Assembly: GCA_951406725.2 (NCBI GenBank)
Contig: OX597820.1
Location: forward strand, 93,372,001-93,436,000
Direction: 5' to 3'
Length of the DNA: 64,000 bases
DNA from: Octopus vulgaris
Lineage: Eukaryota
A program made the position numbers and the translations under genes. The number at the start of each line of letters is the position of its first letter. The stretch's first letter is position 1. The notes beneath the pieces were generated by a model. It saw only the letters and a list, made by a program, of their open reading frames with translations, was not told the origin of the DNA and made no database searches. This document shows, in pieces, positions 1 to 11,666 of the stretch.

Positions 1-734
1 TTATTTTTGTGGTGGTAAGATTCATAAAGAGCAGAACAGTTCTTCAAAGAAATCATTTAATCATTCATGTGGAAATAAAGAGGGAAGGTACCCAAAGGTA
101 TGCCAATCTAATGATATTGATGTCATCAAGTATCATTTTTACGACCTTTCTCTTCTGCTTGTCCTTAAAAATCAACTGCTACAACTACAATGCATGCCTA
201 TGTGTTGACATTGTGATTTAGAAAGGACAAGAAGTTTTTATTTGTTTCTCTCTTGCTATTAATATGAAAATAACCCATTAAATCTATTTCTATAGTTATA
301 ATGGCTTCTTTCATACTCAACACCTTAAAGTTTTTTCTCTTCAACAATGAGAAAGTTTATGTCAGATTTTCAACATTGGATGACCTCTGTGTTGCTTTTA
401 TTGCTTTAACACTTTCCTTGCCATGTCTCTGTTGAAATACACTACTTCTGTTTCAATTAATTTCGAAAATAATGAAGAATAAATTTGTCATTATTCAGTT
501 GGTGCTTGGAACATAAATTAACTTGAAATCTGAATGGAACAAAGTCACCATTTTGGGGAGGGGTAAATCAATTATGTCAACCCTAGTTCTCAACAGCTAC
601 TTGTTTAATTGACTCCCAAAGAATGAAAGGCAAAGTCAATTTGAGCTCAGAACTAAAGGACAGATGAAATGCCTGCAGGCATTTTAATTGGCATGCTTAT
701 GATTTTGCCAGTTCACCGTATTAATATAACACTA

Positions 735-1190
735 CATAATGATCAACATTTTATGACATTTGAAAATAATGGAAAATTGTATCGGTCTTGTAAACTACCT
801 TTCAGGTTGAAGAATTCTGAAGCTTTATTTCAAAGGATAATTAATAACATAATTACTGTCAGTTATCTAAATGCCGTGGTTGCTTATATTGATGATGTGG
901 TGCATGCATGGAAGTGCATTACCAAAATTGAGACAAGATTAATAACACTCTCAGAGATACACAACTTACTTTATATGAGAATAAATGTTTTTATATAAAT
1001 TTCAAACTATCCATTTTCTAGAATACAAAATTTCTTATGGAACTCTAAAATTAGATACAGAATGATCAGTAGTATTATGGAATTATTGTCTTCCTGACAA
1101 TGAAAAAAATCACTTTCAAGATTATTGGGTCTGTTCTCATACCATTCCAGATGGATTCCTCGTTATTCATATAAAGTAAAGCAATCCACA
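735..1190 (+). mobile_element. Degraded Gypsy-type reverse transcriptase fragment
   Basis: HFMTFENNGKLYRSCKLPFRLKNSEALFQRIINNI...VVAYIDDVV (YxDD), then a frameshifted RLLGLFSYHSRWIPRYS. Confidence 0.75.
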
Positions 1191-2950
1191 TTAATCAATT
1201 TCTCATTACTCTTATATGGAATCACAAATCTGCTTTAATTAGTCTCTAGTTTTACATTCTTAAGACTATCTTAAGACTCTTAAAATAGTTGATGCATTCG
1301 AAATAATTTGTACTGGAGATAATTTGTACTATGAAAGTAGTTGGTGTTAGGAAGGACATCTTGTCATAGAAACCAAACCAAAAAGAAATGCGAGTAAGAC
1401 ATGGTCCTCTGACTCATCTAGGTGAGCATACCTCTGAATATGTACTAAGTTCAACTGTAGCAAAAAGTGAATGTAAAATGATGATGATGGAGGTGGAGGT
1501 GGTGGCGGTGGTTGAGATGGTGGCGGTGGTGGCAGCAGCAGCAGTGGTGGAGGTGGTGGTGGCAGTGGTGGAATTGGTGGCGGTGGTGGTATTTTTCAAG
1601 CACATTAATTACTCATGAACAAAACCTTCCTTCAATGCCATAGAAAGTCTTGGACATATATTAAACTATCACAAAGACAAAAGTGGTTACTCATAAAACT
1701 TTTACAACCATTTATAAATGAAGAAACTATTATTTTTATTATCAACAAGTATTTAGTTACAATTCAAAATAATAAGCTAGTATGATGGTAATCAAAATTG
1801 TCTGAATACATTCAAAACATATAGCATGATCTTGGGAGAGAAAACATTATTAATATTTTCTTCAGATTTTGTTTTGCATATTCAACTTTTCTTTCTCAAT
1901 TTTATGGATATCTTTGCCATTCTGCTCTATGTCAGTTTTATTATTACGTGAAAGCTGAAAATATACCTTTTGGTAAAGATAATGAGTAAGAAGTATAAAT
2001 AAGAAACTATGTGCCTCTGGGAATGATTGTGCCGGATTAATTTATTTTAATCAAATTTTGCCAAATTAATATGAGCTATTGTGGTTAGGGTGTTAGCATC
2101 CTGGTCGTAAGATTGTGGTTTCAATTCCTAGACCGAGTGACGCGTTGTGTTCTTGAGCAAAACACTTCATTTCACGTTGCACCAGTCCACTCAGCTGGCA
2201 AAAATGAGTAATGCTGTGATGGACTGGCGATGGTGGTGGTGGCGGTGGCGGTGGCGACGGCGGCGGTGGCGGCGGCGGTGGTGGCGGTGGCAGCGGCGGC
2301 GGCGGTGGCGGTGGTGGTGGCTGATGAGGGTTGATGATAATGACGATGTTGACGACCATGTTGGCAACAATGATGATCATGGCAATGATGATGATGGTGG
2401 TGGTGGTGGTGGTGGTGGTGGTGGTGATGATAACAGAATTAATCTAGGACAAAAGAATACAGTAAATCTTTGAGACTCTAAATGTTTCCCAAATAAAACT
2501 TATAAACATGATGAATTACTTAAAAAATTTAATAAAATTTGAGAAAAGAAACAGTTCTTTTGAACTTGATTCCCAAGTGAACATTTGGGTTCAGACATTA
2601 ACTTACAAACGATTTATATCAAAACCAGTCTGTTGTATGTCTGCCTCAATATTTGGATATTTCAGTTACAGAGAATGTTGTGCAATGTGAAATTTGCCAT
2701 GTGTGTGAGTGTGTGTGTGTGTGTGCACATGCATGTGTGTGTGTGTGCATGTGTGTGTGTGTAATATTTTATATGTAACATTAGTCATGATGTGCATGTC
2801 TTAGCTTGTCTATTAAATATCGTTATAGAAATGGCTGAAGTCTCAAATCATTGAACAAAACAATAGGATGTATTTTTTTTTTGTTTACACAAAGGCAACC
2901 AATTTAATTCATGAGAACAATATTTTTGTCAACTTCCTATGTTGAAAATA

Positions 2951-3200
2951 CAGTAAATTGGCAAATGTCTTTGTGAGACACTTGTAAAGTCTGAGTGTCC
3001 AACAGTTTTGCATTCATAAAGCACTTAGCTTTATGGCCAATTCATCAGACTCAAATAGCAAAGGGCATATCATAATTTTACTGCCACAGTTTGAAGAGGT
3101 ATATGCCCTTTGCCATTAAAGTCTGATGAGTTGTCCATAAAGCTGTGCTTTATGGATGTAAAACCATTGGTCACTCTATGACCAGACATTTACTTAACTG
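2951..3200. repeat. Fold-back inverted repeat (arms about 2951-3070 and 3101-3200) carrying a decayed hammerhead motif in each arm
   Basis: gagtgtccaacagttttgcattcataaagc...agggcatat versus atatgccct...gctttatggatgtaaaaccattggtcactc. Right arm reads agt-CTGATGA-hairpin-aAAAC-cattg-GTC-act (G12 lost). Confidence 0.75.
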
Positions 3201-3223
3201 CATATAAAAATATATATATATAC

Positions 3224-3625
3224 ATTGGGTTATCCCATAAATAATGCCGTTTTTTATACTTCTTTTAATTTTCAAAATTAAGATAAACAAAGTTCTTTTT
3301 TAATCTAAAAAATAAACCCCCTCATTTTCTACACTGCTCTTCCATTTATCTGGTAGACTTGCAAAGCCTCTCTTCCAAAATTTACTTGTCCATGACAAAA
3401 ATTACTCCTTCAGACTGTTCTGACCTCGTCTACAGAATTCATATTTTTCCCATCCAAATGATTTTGAAGGAATAAATGATAATTAGATGGAGCAATGTCT
3501 GGCGAATATAATGGGTGGGGTATCGTTTCCCATTCAAGCTTCTCCAGCTTTTAGAATGTCATCCTCGTTGTATGTGGCCGAGCATTATCCTTATGGAAAA
3601 ATACCTTTCATTTTGAAACCAAAGT
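3224..3625 (-). mobile_element. Mariner transposon relic (3' part of transposase plus one TIR)
   Basis: Reverse strand reads DNARPHTT...LEWETIPHPLYSPDIAPSNYHLF; TIR-like ttgggttatcccataaataatgc near 3226. Confidence 0.8.
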
Positions 3626-5093
3626 GTAGTATCTGATGTGAACTTACCCACTAGTATATATAATAAAATCACGGGATATTGAGTAATATAATGAATTAAA
3701 GTGCATTGCATATGTTGTAAGCTATATGGTATGGTATGTGGTATGCTACAAGTAGTTACTATCCTACAAATAATCCTATCTAGTTAGTCTGACTTCATCA
3801 TGCTTTTGGTGATTAAACTACTTTCTATGATGTTCTACCCTACTTTTGTATGTTGTATGTTGTATTTTGTATGTTGTAATGGCTTTTATATAAGTAAGCC
3901 TCCTAATTATATACTCCTGTGAAATTATAAAATCATGTATGTAATAGCAAATAGCAAAGGTAACATTATAACTTATTAAATATCCTTTTGGTCTGAACAC
4001 CTCCAACTGCCCCCACTACTACTACCATACTTATTGCTTCTTCTGTGAGGTTATTTTCATCTCTCTCCTACCTCAAATTTTAATACTCTGTCTCTTTAAA
4101 ATGTAAGTTATATATTTTTCTTACTATTCTCTATACTTTCTTCTTCTTTTTTTTTTTGATATCTTCACCTATTAACCGCTTATTCCTTATAAGTTGTTAT
4201 TGTTCTTAAACAGAGATATAAACTTTCTAGTTACTTAAGTCTATAAGAGTTGATTATAACATATCCATAAAAAAGTATAAATATTTGTGTATATTTGCAT
4301 GTGTGCACATAGTTAAATATGTGTGTGTATCTGTACACAACTTATTCTTTTCTTCGGTTTTTTTTTCTCTGATTCTTAGCTTATAATTAATATATAGATA
4401 GCATGATTTATCGCCCCAGTATTCCATAAGTTAATACCCAGAGCAGTCTTTATAGAAACCACCTAACAAGTAAATAATTAAGTACATGAATGAATATTAA
4501 ACTAATTCTATATAATCTTCCCTTTCTAGTGTTGAAAATTGGTATATATATACACATTTTATCTATTTTGGTTATATCATTTTTGATAATCTTAAATTTT
4601 ATCATTATACAGCATAACAATATTGTTTATATACAATCATCCGTATTACCCCATGATAATTTCCTCTGTATTAACATCATAGGTTTAATTAGCTTCTTGC
4701 CCCTTTAACTGGTAATTATTATCTTGATTTGGGGTCTTCCCCTACCCAGCCTCCTTTATAGACAGTTACTTTATACTAATCCTAGAAATCTTGACAATAT
4801 TTATGACCGTACCCAGCTATATGCTGTCAACTCACTCCTGCCCACCATTCTAAATAGACACAGTCCTATAGTCTTAGATTTGGTAGTTGATAAAAGGACT
4901 AATAAATTAAAAATGAACCACAATCCTTTACAAGCTATGACCCCAACAAACTTCATACAATTCTTAGAAGTCTAGTATATCCTTAGCTACATTAGTGGCA
5001 ACATGGACTTTTTCTGTCTTCTTGCTCTATTAGAGCATTTGAGTAAAATTATATTAATGTGTCCAACTGATTAAAAATTCTATTTATTTATTT

Positions 5094-5181
5094 ATGCAGC
5101 TGAGGATAGTCCTGCATTTAAATTGATGTAATGACAGCATTGTTCAATTAAATGGAGCCGCTTGAAATGGTTGTACTGCAT
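5094..5181 (+). ncRNA. Type-I hammerhead ribozyme-like motif in a PLE pseudo-LTR-like fragment
   Basis: Stem I atgcag/ctgcat (6 bp); CTGAGGA 5100-5106; long stem II (catttaaattga/tcaattaaatg); GAAA 5164-5167; short stem III t-ggtt-g; GTA triplet 5173-5175. Confidence 0.7.
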
Positions 5182-5303
5182 CACCTCTTGATAGCCTGTT
5201 GATTATTTTGATTTTATTCCCCTTACTTTGAGTTGTACGGATAAAACCGCACTGATTTGGTACTTCAACTTAAGTACCTAATACATCTGAATCTCAATTA
5301 TTT

Positions 5304-5365
<62 letters not shown>

Positions 5366-5521
5366 CATACATATATATTTCGTTTTTGTATTTGGTTTAC
5401 GAGATTCTTTATGTGAATTCGTGTGTTGAAGCATATTTCATATTGTCTGGGGAGAGTCATTCTCTTTTAGTGCCTTATTACTTAACACACTCAGCGGTTC
5501 GATTTCCACTCATACAACAAT

Positions 5522-5559
<38 letters not shown>

Positions 5560-5907
5560 CTTCGCTTTATTGAATCCCATCTAATTCATTCTAATTAAGG
5601 CCTAAATAGATGTTAACTAACATGAATTGATATTAACTACTATCAATACAAGTTGTGTGGTTATTGTAATCTTAAGATATGTGTTGTTCTAAGTTGTGTT
5701 GAAGAATTAGAAGTATTAGAACTATACAAGCTGTGATATTGATTCAAAACAGCAAACTGACTGAGCTATTAGAGCATTATATAAATTGTTTAAAGTATTT
5801 AATTCTGGCTTTCTGCATGCTGAGTTCAAATCTCATTGAGATCAACTTGGCATTTTATCTTATCAGGGTTAATAAGTAAAGAATCAGCCCTGTACTGGAA
5901 ATCAATT

Positions 5908-5908
5908 C

Positions 5909-5950
<42 letters not shown>

Positions 5951-6175
5951 CCCTCCCTCTCTCTTTTTCTCCTCTTGTTTCTGTATCTCTCTTTTTCTCC
6001 CTTCTTTCTGCCAATCTTTCTCTCTTTCCCCTTCTTTCCCTCTGTCTGGCTCTCTCACTCCCTTCTCTCTCTCTTTTTCTTTCTTCTCTTCTTTCTGTAT
6101 CTCTCTCTCCCCCTTTTTTCTGCCAATCTTTCTATCTTTGCCCTTCTTTCTCTCTGTCTGGCTCTCTCACTCACT

Positions 6176-6229
<54 letters not shown>

Positions 6230-6249
6230 CCATCTCTCTCTCTCCCCCA

Positions 6250-6281
<32 letters not shown>
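5908..6281. repeat. (CT)n-rich polypyrimidine tract with an internal duplication
   Basis: Long ctct runs; tgccaatcttt...tctgtctggctctctcactc occurs twice. Explains the spurious LS/ER-repeat ORFs. Confidence 0.9.
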
Positions 6282-6284
6282 CAA

Positions 6285-6700
6285 GCTGTTTCTGAAAATG
6301 ACATCTAACAAAGTTCTGTACATATCTAAATTTCAAACTTAATAATCTGTTTTTATTTAAGCTACTAATGTTCCCAAGGCAATATTACAAGCATAACGTT
6401 AACCTTTTACATGCCCCCCACATTTTTGTAAATTTCTGTCTTCATATGTTTACGCATGCATGTTTGTGTCAAGTAAATCCTGGTGCACATTTGTTTGTCT
6501 TCTCTTACACTTCTTAGTCAGTCTAAGGAGGAGAGATATGTCCTACATTACCACAATCATATCGTTGTCACAAATCAAGTTTATACAAATATTACTTATC
6601 AACTTTCATATCAAGATCACAGTAGCATATTACTCAGTGGGCAAAGCTGCCCACTCAGGCATGTTCTGACTTTGTAATGACTAGACAACTGTAACTGATG
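6285..6700 (-). mobile_element. Old R4/Dong-like non-LTR fragment (RLE region), related to 8890-9530
   Basis: Similar to 9070-9330 (ttcccaaggc...aacctttta...ccccacatttt); MSFSETAW versus MSLLEKAW. Confidence 0.6.
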
Positions 6701-6883
6701 TGACTGTACTATTTACATAAATCTTCAGTTGATGTTGGTTTCTTGTTTCAATTCTGTGGGTTCCTTTGTTTTTGTTTTGTTTTGTATTTTTTTCAATTTT
6801 GTTTCTAAAATTAGTTGAGCTATTTCTTTTACTTTTTTCTTTTTCTTCAATGTTTTTCAAGTAATGTTTACTATTATATACAA

Positions 6884-6952
6884 TTTACTGGTGTAGTGGT
6901 TAAGAGTGCGGGCTAATAACCCCAAGATTCCAAGTGAGATTCCAGGCAGTGA

Positions 6953-7037
<85 letters not shown>

Positions 7038-7135
7038 GGTGGTGGTGGTGGTGGTGGTGGTGGTGGTGGTAGTGTTGGTGGTGGTGGTGTTGGTGGTGGT
7101 GGTGGTGTTGGTGGTGGTGGTGGTGGTGGTGGTGG

Positions 7136-7181
<46 letters not shown>

Positions 7182-7335
7182 AATAATAACATTGAAAAAT
7201 ACCTTAGGAATGAGAACCCAGGTTTGAAATTTCCCCAAGACACCTGATGAAGGCTGGAGTGTATATCAAGCGAAACGTGTTAACAACAAACAAAATGAGG
7301 ACAAATATCTGTCAAATGTCAATAATGTGAATAAT
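6884..7335 (+). mobile_element. Composite SINE-like element: tRNA-like head, expanded compound microsatellite, tail with decayed HHR
   Basis: Head tggtgtagtggttaag...gtgagattcc (A/B-box-like); (AAT)n(GAT)n(GGT)n(GAT)n(AAT)n; tail gacac-CTGATGA-aggctg...caagc-GAAAC-gtgtt at 7239-7281. Confidence 0.55.
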
Positions 7336-7504
7336 TTACTTGTCTGTTTATCATAGAATAGTTTTTTTTTTCTTTTCTAAGACTATTTTCTTTATTATAT
7401 TTTGTAACTCCATTTTCATTTTTCTACCTTGTATTTTTTTTTTTTTGTGTGTGTACCCCCACCTTAGTTTTCATAGACTCTAGTTTAAACTTTATTGCTT
7501 CTAT

Positions 7505-8020
7505 CACCCTGTCACTTTCCTTTGGTCAGGAAAGACAGGCTGTTTTTCTCTGTCTGATGGCTATGGTGAAAGAGGTTGTGTGATAGATGAGGTTGAAAGA
7601 ACTCAAGAGAGATACATACCTCTTTGGCCAAGCTCTCACCAATTAGAATTCCAAAAGGAAGGTGAGAGCTGAGAGGGATGTGCTGCCCCAGTAAATTTGT
7701 TGAAAGGTGGTTGAATGTGGTTAGAATGATCCAAGTGAGTGGACCCACTCTAAGTTGATACCTATAAGCTGAGGAGTAAGAAGAGAGGAACACCTGTGGT
7801 GGTACTCCTAGTAAGTAGGGTGGCTTCAAATCTGTGAAACTCCTTGGTTGCACCTGGGTGGTGTTTTCCTTGCTATTGGGTAGTTCGTGTGCAAAATATT
7901 TTATTTTATTATTATTGTTTCAATTATTTACATGTTTTTTTTTATGTAAATCCTCACTGTCCTTTGCCTGTGTGTTGTCCTAAATGTTCCTCGCAACCAT
8001 TGTAGCCAATAAAGAAAAAA
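7505..8020 (+). mobile_element. L1/Tx1-like LINE 3' fragment
   Basis: Decayed FLCLMAMVKEVV..MRLK...KRKVRAERDVLP...FVERWLNVVRM, T-rich 3'UTR, aataaa plus A-rich end. Confidence 0.55.
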
Positions 8021-8329
8021 AGATCATTGAACGAACCACCCATGTTTCCAAAGGTGAATTATCCAAGCCTCCAACAAACTTCCTTGCAACACATGACTAT
8101 GATGCTCCCCCACTACTTCTGCTCATGATCAGAGATGCACATATTGTCAGCCACTAAGGGACATGGCCAACTGGTTAAGGTCAAGCAACTGACAAGCAAA
8201 TCTATGGTATTGAGCAGAATATTTGCTGTAGCCCATTTTTTATACCAAGACAAAACAATGTACATGATAACACTTCCAATCAGTAGGGCATTTATTATTA
8301 TCATTATTATTATTATTATTATTATTATT

Positions 8330-8476
8330 CAGTAGTTTTATTTTTATAGCGTGCTTTCACTTCACTACCGAGCGCAGCTCTGTGTGCCTTGGGTATGTGC
8401 TGTGATTTGTTGTGATGCTCTGATGGTTATTGTATGGAAAGTGTTCTGCGTAGGATGTGTGCAGTGCCTAGTAGTG

Positions 8477-8477
<1 letters not shown>
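8330..8477 (-). mobile_element. 5'-truncated R4/Dong-like element in (TAA)n
   Basis: Reverse strand ALLGTAHILRRTLSIQ* plus 3'UTR, flanked on both sides by (TTA)n. Confidence 0.75.
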
Positions 8478-8530
<53 letters not shown>

Positions 8531-8830
8531 CCCAGATTTTGTTGTAACTCCTGGAGTCTTGCATGCATAGCAGGCTTGCTGCCTGCAGTACCATGCTGTT
8601 CTTTTCAACTATCTAATACTTTCCTGATTATTCTGGCCATGCCAAGGAGGCAAACCTTTTGTAACAGTTCTACTGGGCCCCCTATTTGGATTTCCTTTAT
8701 ATTCCTCTTGATGCTTCCTGATACACTCTCCAAGGAACCAACAATGAATGGCACTGTCTCCACCTTCTTCATTCTTCACAGCTGGGCTATTTCATACTAA
8801 AGAAGATTGTATTTATATATATTTTCTTTA
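8531..8830 (-). mobile_element. 5'-truncated R4/Dong-like element, second family
   Basis: KYNLL*YEIAQL*RMKKVETVPFIVGSLESVS...ELLQKVCLLGMARIIRKVLDS*; abuts (TTA)n. Confidence 0.8.
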
Positions 8831-8889
8831 TTATTATCATCATCATCATCATCATTATTTATATCATAAAAACTAATAATTAATTATCT

Positions 8890-9530
8890 TATCCTTTCAA
8901 GGGGCCGATCTTATGCCAGTTATTTACGTTGAAAGATTGACTTATAAGAAATGCATTATTGTCTCTCTGATTTTCTATCTTTGTTTATATTTCAAGTACC
9001 TTCCTCAGAATCCAAGCTTTTTCTAAAAGTGACATCTTAGGAAGTTTTCTATATATCTGAATTTCAAATTTAATGATCTATGCTTCTATTTAAGCAGTTA
9101 CTATTCCCAAGGCCCTTTTACAAGTATAATATTAACCTTTTATGTGCCCCACATTTTGTAAACTTTTTTCTTCAAGTTTTCATACCACTCAGTGTTTTCC
9201 TTTTTCTTTTCCCACATGCTCTCTGATGTTACATCAATTATACAACAGAGCTCTTGCTTCTTTCCCAACAATATCAAGTTTACTCCTATGTATCTCATGA
9301 GCACATTTAATATCGTAGTCACAAAGTAGTTTCACTTCTTCTGACTCTGCTACTGGGTCAGGTTGAAGCTCATATCACTTTTCTGTTCTGTTCAGCTTAT
9401 ATTTCTCACATAACATCCAGTGCACAATTGTGGCAATGTTATCATGCATTCCTTTGTATCCTGTTTTGTACCAGTCTACCGAACTAACAACGGGGCTTGT
9501 TGTTTCTCCTTTTATTCCTCACTCTCTATA
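8890..9530 (-). mobile_element. 5'-truncated R4/Dong-like element, third family, with restriction-like endonuclease domain
   Basis: YKGMHDNIATIVHWMLCEKYKL..EK*YELQPDPVAESEEVKLLCDYDIKC..SKLDIV..CCIIDVT..WYENLKKKVYKMWG..SLLEKAWILRKVLEI*. Confidence 0.8.
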
Positions 9531-9555
9531 ACAATTATTATTATCATTATTAATA

Positions 9556-9601
<46 letters not shown>

Positions 9602-9841
9602 CATTATTAATATTATTATTATCATTATTATTAGGGCAGTGAGCTAACAGAATCATTTGCATCTCAGACAAAATGCTCAGTGGCCTTTCATCTGGTTTCA
9701 TGTTCGGAGTTCAAATTCTGCTGAGGTCAACTTAGCCATTCATTAGGGTCGATAAAATAAGTACCAGCTAAGCTCTGGGATCAATGTAATCGACCCTACC
9801 CACAAATTTTAGGCCTTGTACCTACAGTAGATAGGATTAAC

Positions 9842-9884
<43 letters not shown>

Positions 9885-9891
9885 TCATTAG

Positions 9892-9926
<35 letters not shown>

Positions 9927-9957
9927 TCATTATTATTATTATTATTATTATTATTCT

Positions 9958-10350
9958 TTTATTCTTTTACTTGTTTCAGTCATTTGACTGCAGCCATGCT
10001 GAAGTACCGCCTTTAGTCAAATCAAATCGACCCCAGGGCTTATTCTTTGTAAGCCTAGTACTTATTCTATCGGACTCTTTTGCCGAACTGCTAAGTTACA
10101 GGGACCTAAACACACCAGCATCGGATATCAAGTGATGTTGGGGGGACAAACACAGATACATAACATATACACATATATATAGATATATACGATGGGCTTC
10201 TTTCAGTTTCCGTCTACCAAATCCACTCACAAGGCTTTGATCGGCCTGAGGCTATCACAGAAGACACTTGCCCAAGGTGCTATGCAGTGGGACTGAACCT
10301 GGAACCATCTGGCTGGTAAGCAAGCTACTTACCACACAGCCACTCCTGCG
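9958..10350 (-). mobile_element. tRNA-derived SINE family A. Other copies at about 16536-16950(+), 33044-33447(+), 33510-33935(+), 35475-35680(-), 36612-37005(+), 38700-39130(-), 48360-48770(-), 55781-56184(-), 62106-62514(+)
   Basis: Head ggcgcaggagtggctgtgtggtaag...ggttcagtcccactgcgtggcaccttgggcaagtgtcttct (A/B boxes), internal TA/TG tract, tail gactgaaacaagtaaaagag. Confidence 0.85.
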
Positions 10351-10354
10351 TTTA

Positions 10355-10405
<51 letters not shown>

Positions 10406-10800
10406 CCTGAGAGCTGGTAGAATCTGTGGTATGTCAGAGAAAAATAATTAGCAGCATTCTGGTTCCTTATGTTTTGAGTTCAAATACTACAAAGGTCAAC
10501 TTTGCCTTTCATCCTTTCAAAGTTAATAAAAAAGTACCAGTTGTGTACTGGGGTCAATGTAATCAACTACACCTTGCCGCCAAAATTTCAAGCCTTGTAC
10601 CTATTAGTAAAAAAAAATTTAAGAGCAGTAAGCTAGCAAAATCTTTAGCACGCTGTATAAAATACTTAGAGTCTTTTCTTCTAGCTTTATCTTCTGAACT
10701 CAAAAGCCACCCAGTTCAAGTTTGCCTTTCATCCTTTCTGGACCAATAAAATAAAGTACCAGTCAAGTTCAGGGCTTGAGTAATTCACTAAACCCTCCCC

Positions 10801-11027
10801 TTAACCCTTTAGTGTTCAGATTATTCTATCAAACATAATGCCTATTGATTCCCATTGATTTGAATTAATCATGCATTATCTCATATCTTCAAGATCTTGA
10901 TGGTGTAATTATTTAATGTAGAATAACATTGTAGGGTAAGTGTGAGGGCCTGGATCTGGTCAGTTTGAGCATAAAACAGATTAAATATTTTGGCCAGATA
11001 TGGCTGATTTAAATACTAAAGGGTTAA
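10801..11027 (+). mobile_element. piggyBac-type MITE family 1. Other copies at 17038-17265, 17482-17709, about 26055-26262, 30240-30452, 30989-31500, 37846-38072 and 46394-47137
   Basis: TTAA-CCCTTTAG...CTAAAGGG-TTAA, about 220 bp, multicopy. Confidence 0.85.
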
Positions 11028-11666
11028 ATTGCTGGCTTTACGCCAAAATTTGAAACCATCAGGTACCAAGCTAGCAGAGCTGTTAGCACATCAACCAAAA
11101 CCCTTAGCAGTATTTCTTCCAGCTTTTTATGTTCATCATCATCATCATCGCCATAACGTCTGTTTTCCATGCTAGCATGGGTCAGACAGTTCGACCAGGG
11201 CCTGGGAAGCCAGGAGGCTGTGCCAGGCTCCAGTCTGATCTGGCAATGTTTCTACAGCTGGATGCCCTTCCTAATGCCAACCACTCCTTGAGTGTAGTGG
11301 GTGCTTTTTACATGCCACCAGCACAGGGGCCAGAGGAGGCTGGCAAATGGCTACGATTGGTTGGTGCTTCTTACGTGTCACCAACACAGATGCCAGTCAG
11401 GCAGCGCTGGCATCGGCCACATGGTGCTTTTTCTGAATTCAAATTCTGATGAATTCAACTTTACTTTTCACCTTCTTGGGATCAATAAAACAAGTACCAG
11501 TTGAGCAGCGAGGTTGATGTAATCTACTTGCCTACTACCTTAAAATTTTTGGCCTTGTTTTTGTTGTTGTTGTTGTTGTTGTTGCTCTCCTCCTCATTGC
11601 CATCATTGTCGCCGCCAACGTTGCCATAACCAACGTTGTCATTGTCATCATCCTCATCATTGTTAC

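Noticed and set aside
1388-2473. ORFs rich in V/A/T/P/W/R/G runs
   Set aside because: Translations of (GGT/GGC/GAT)n microsatellites; no domain or splice support
4400-4980. Possible decayed LINE endonuclease or RT on the minus strand (RGRP, IIMG fragments)
   Set aside because: Motifs too short and scattered over frames to classify
5826-6342. LS- and ER-repeat ORFs
   Set aside because: (CT)n microsatellite artefacts
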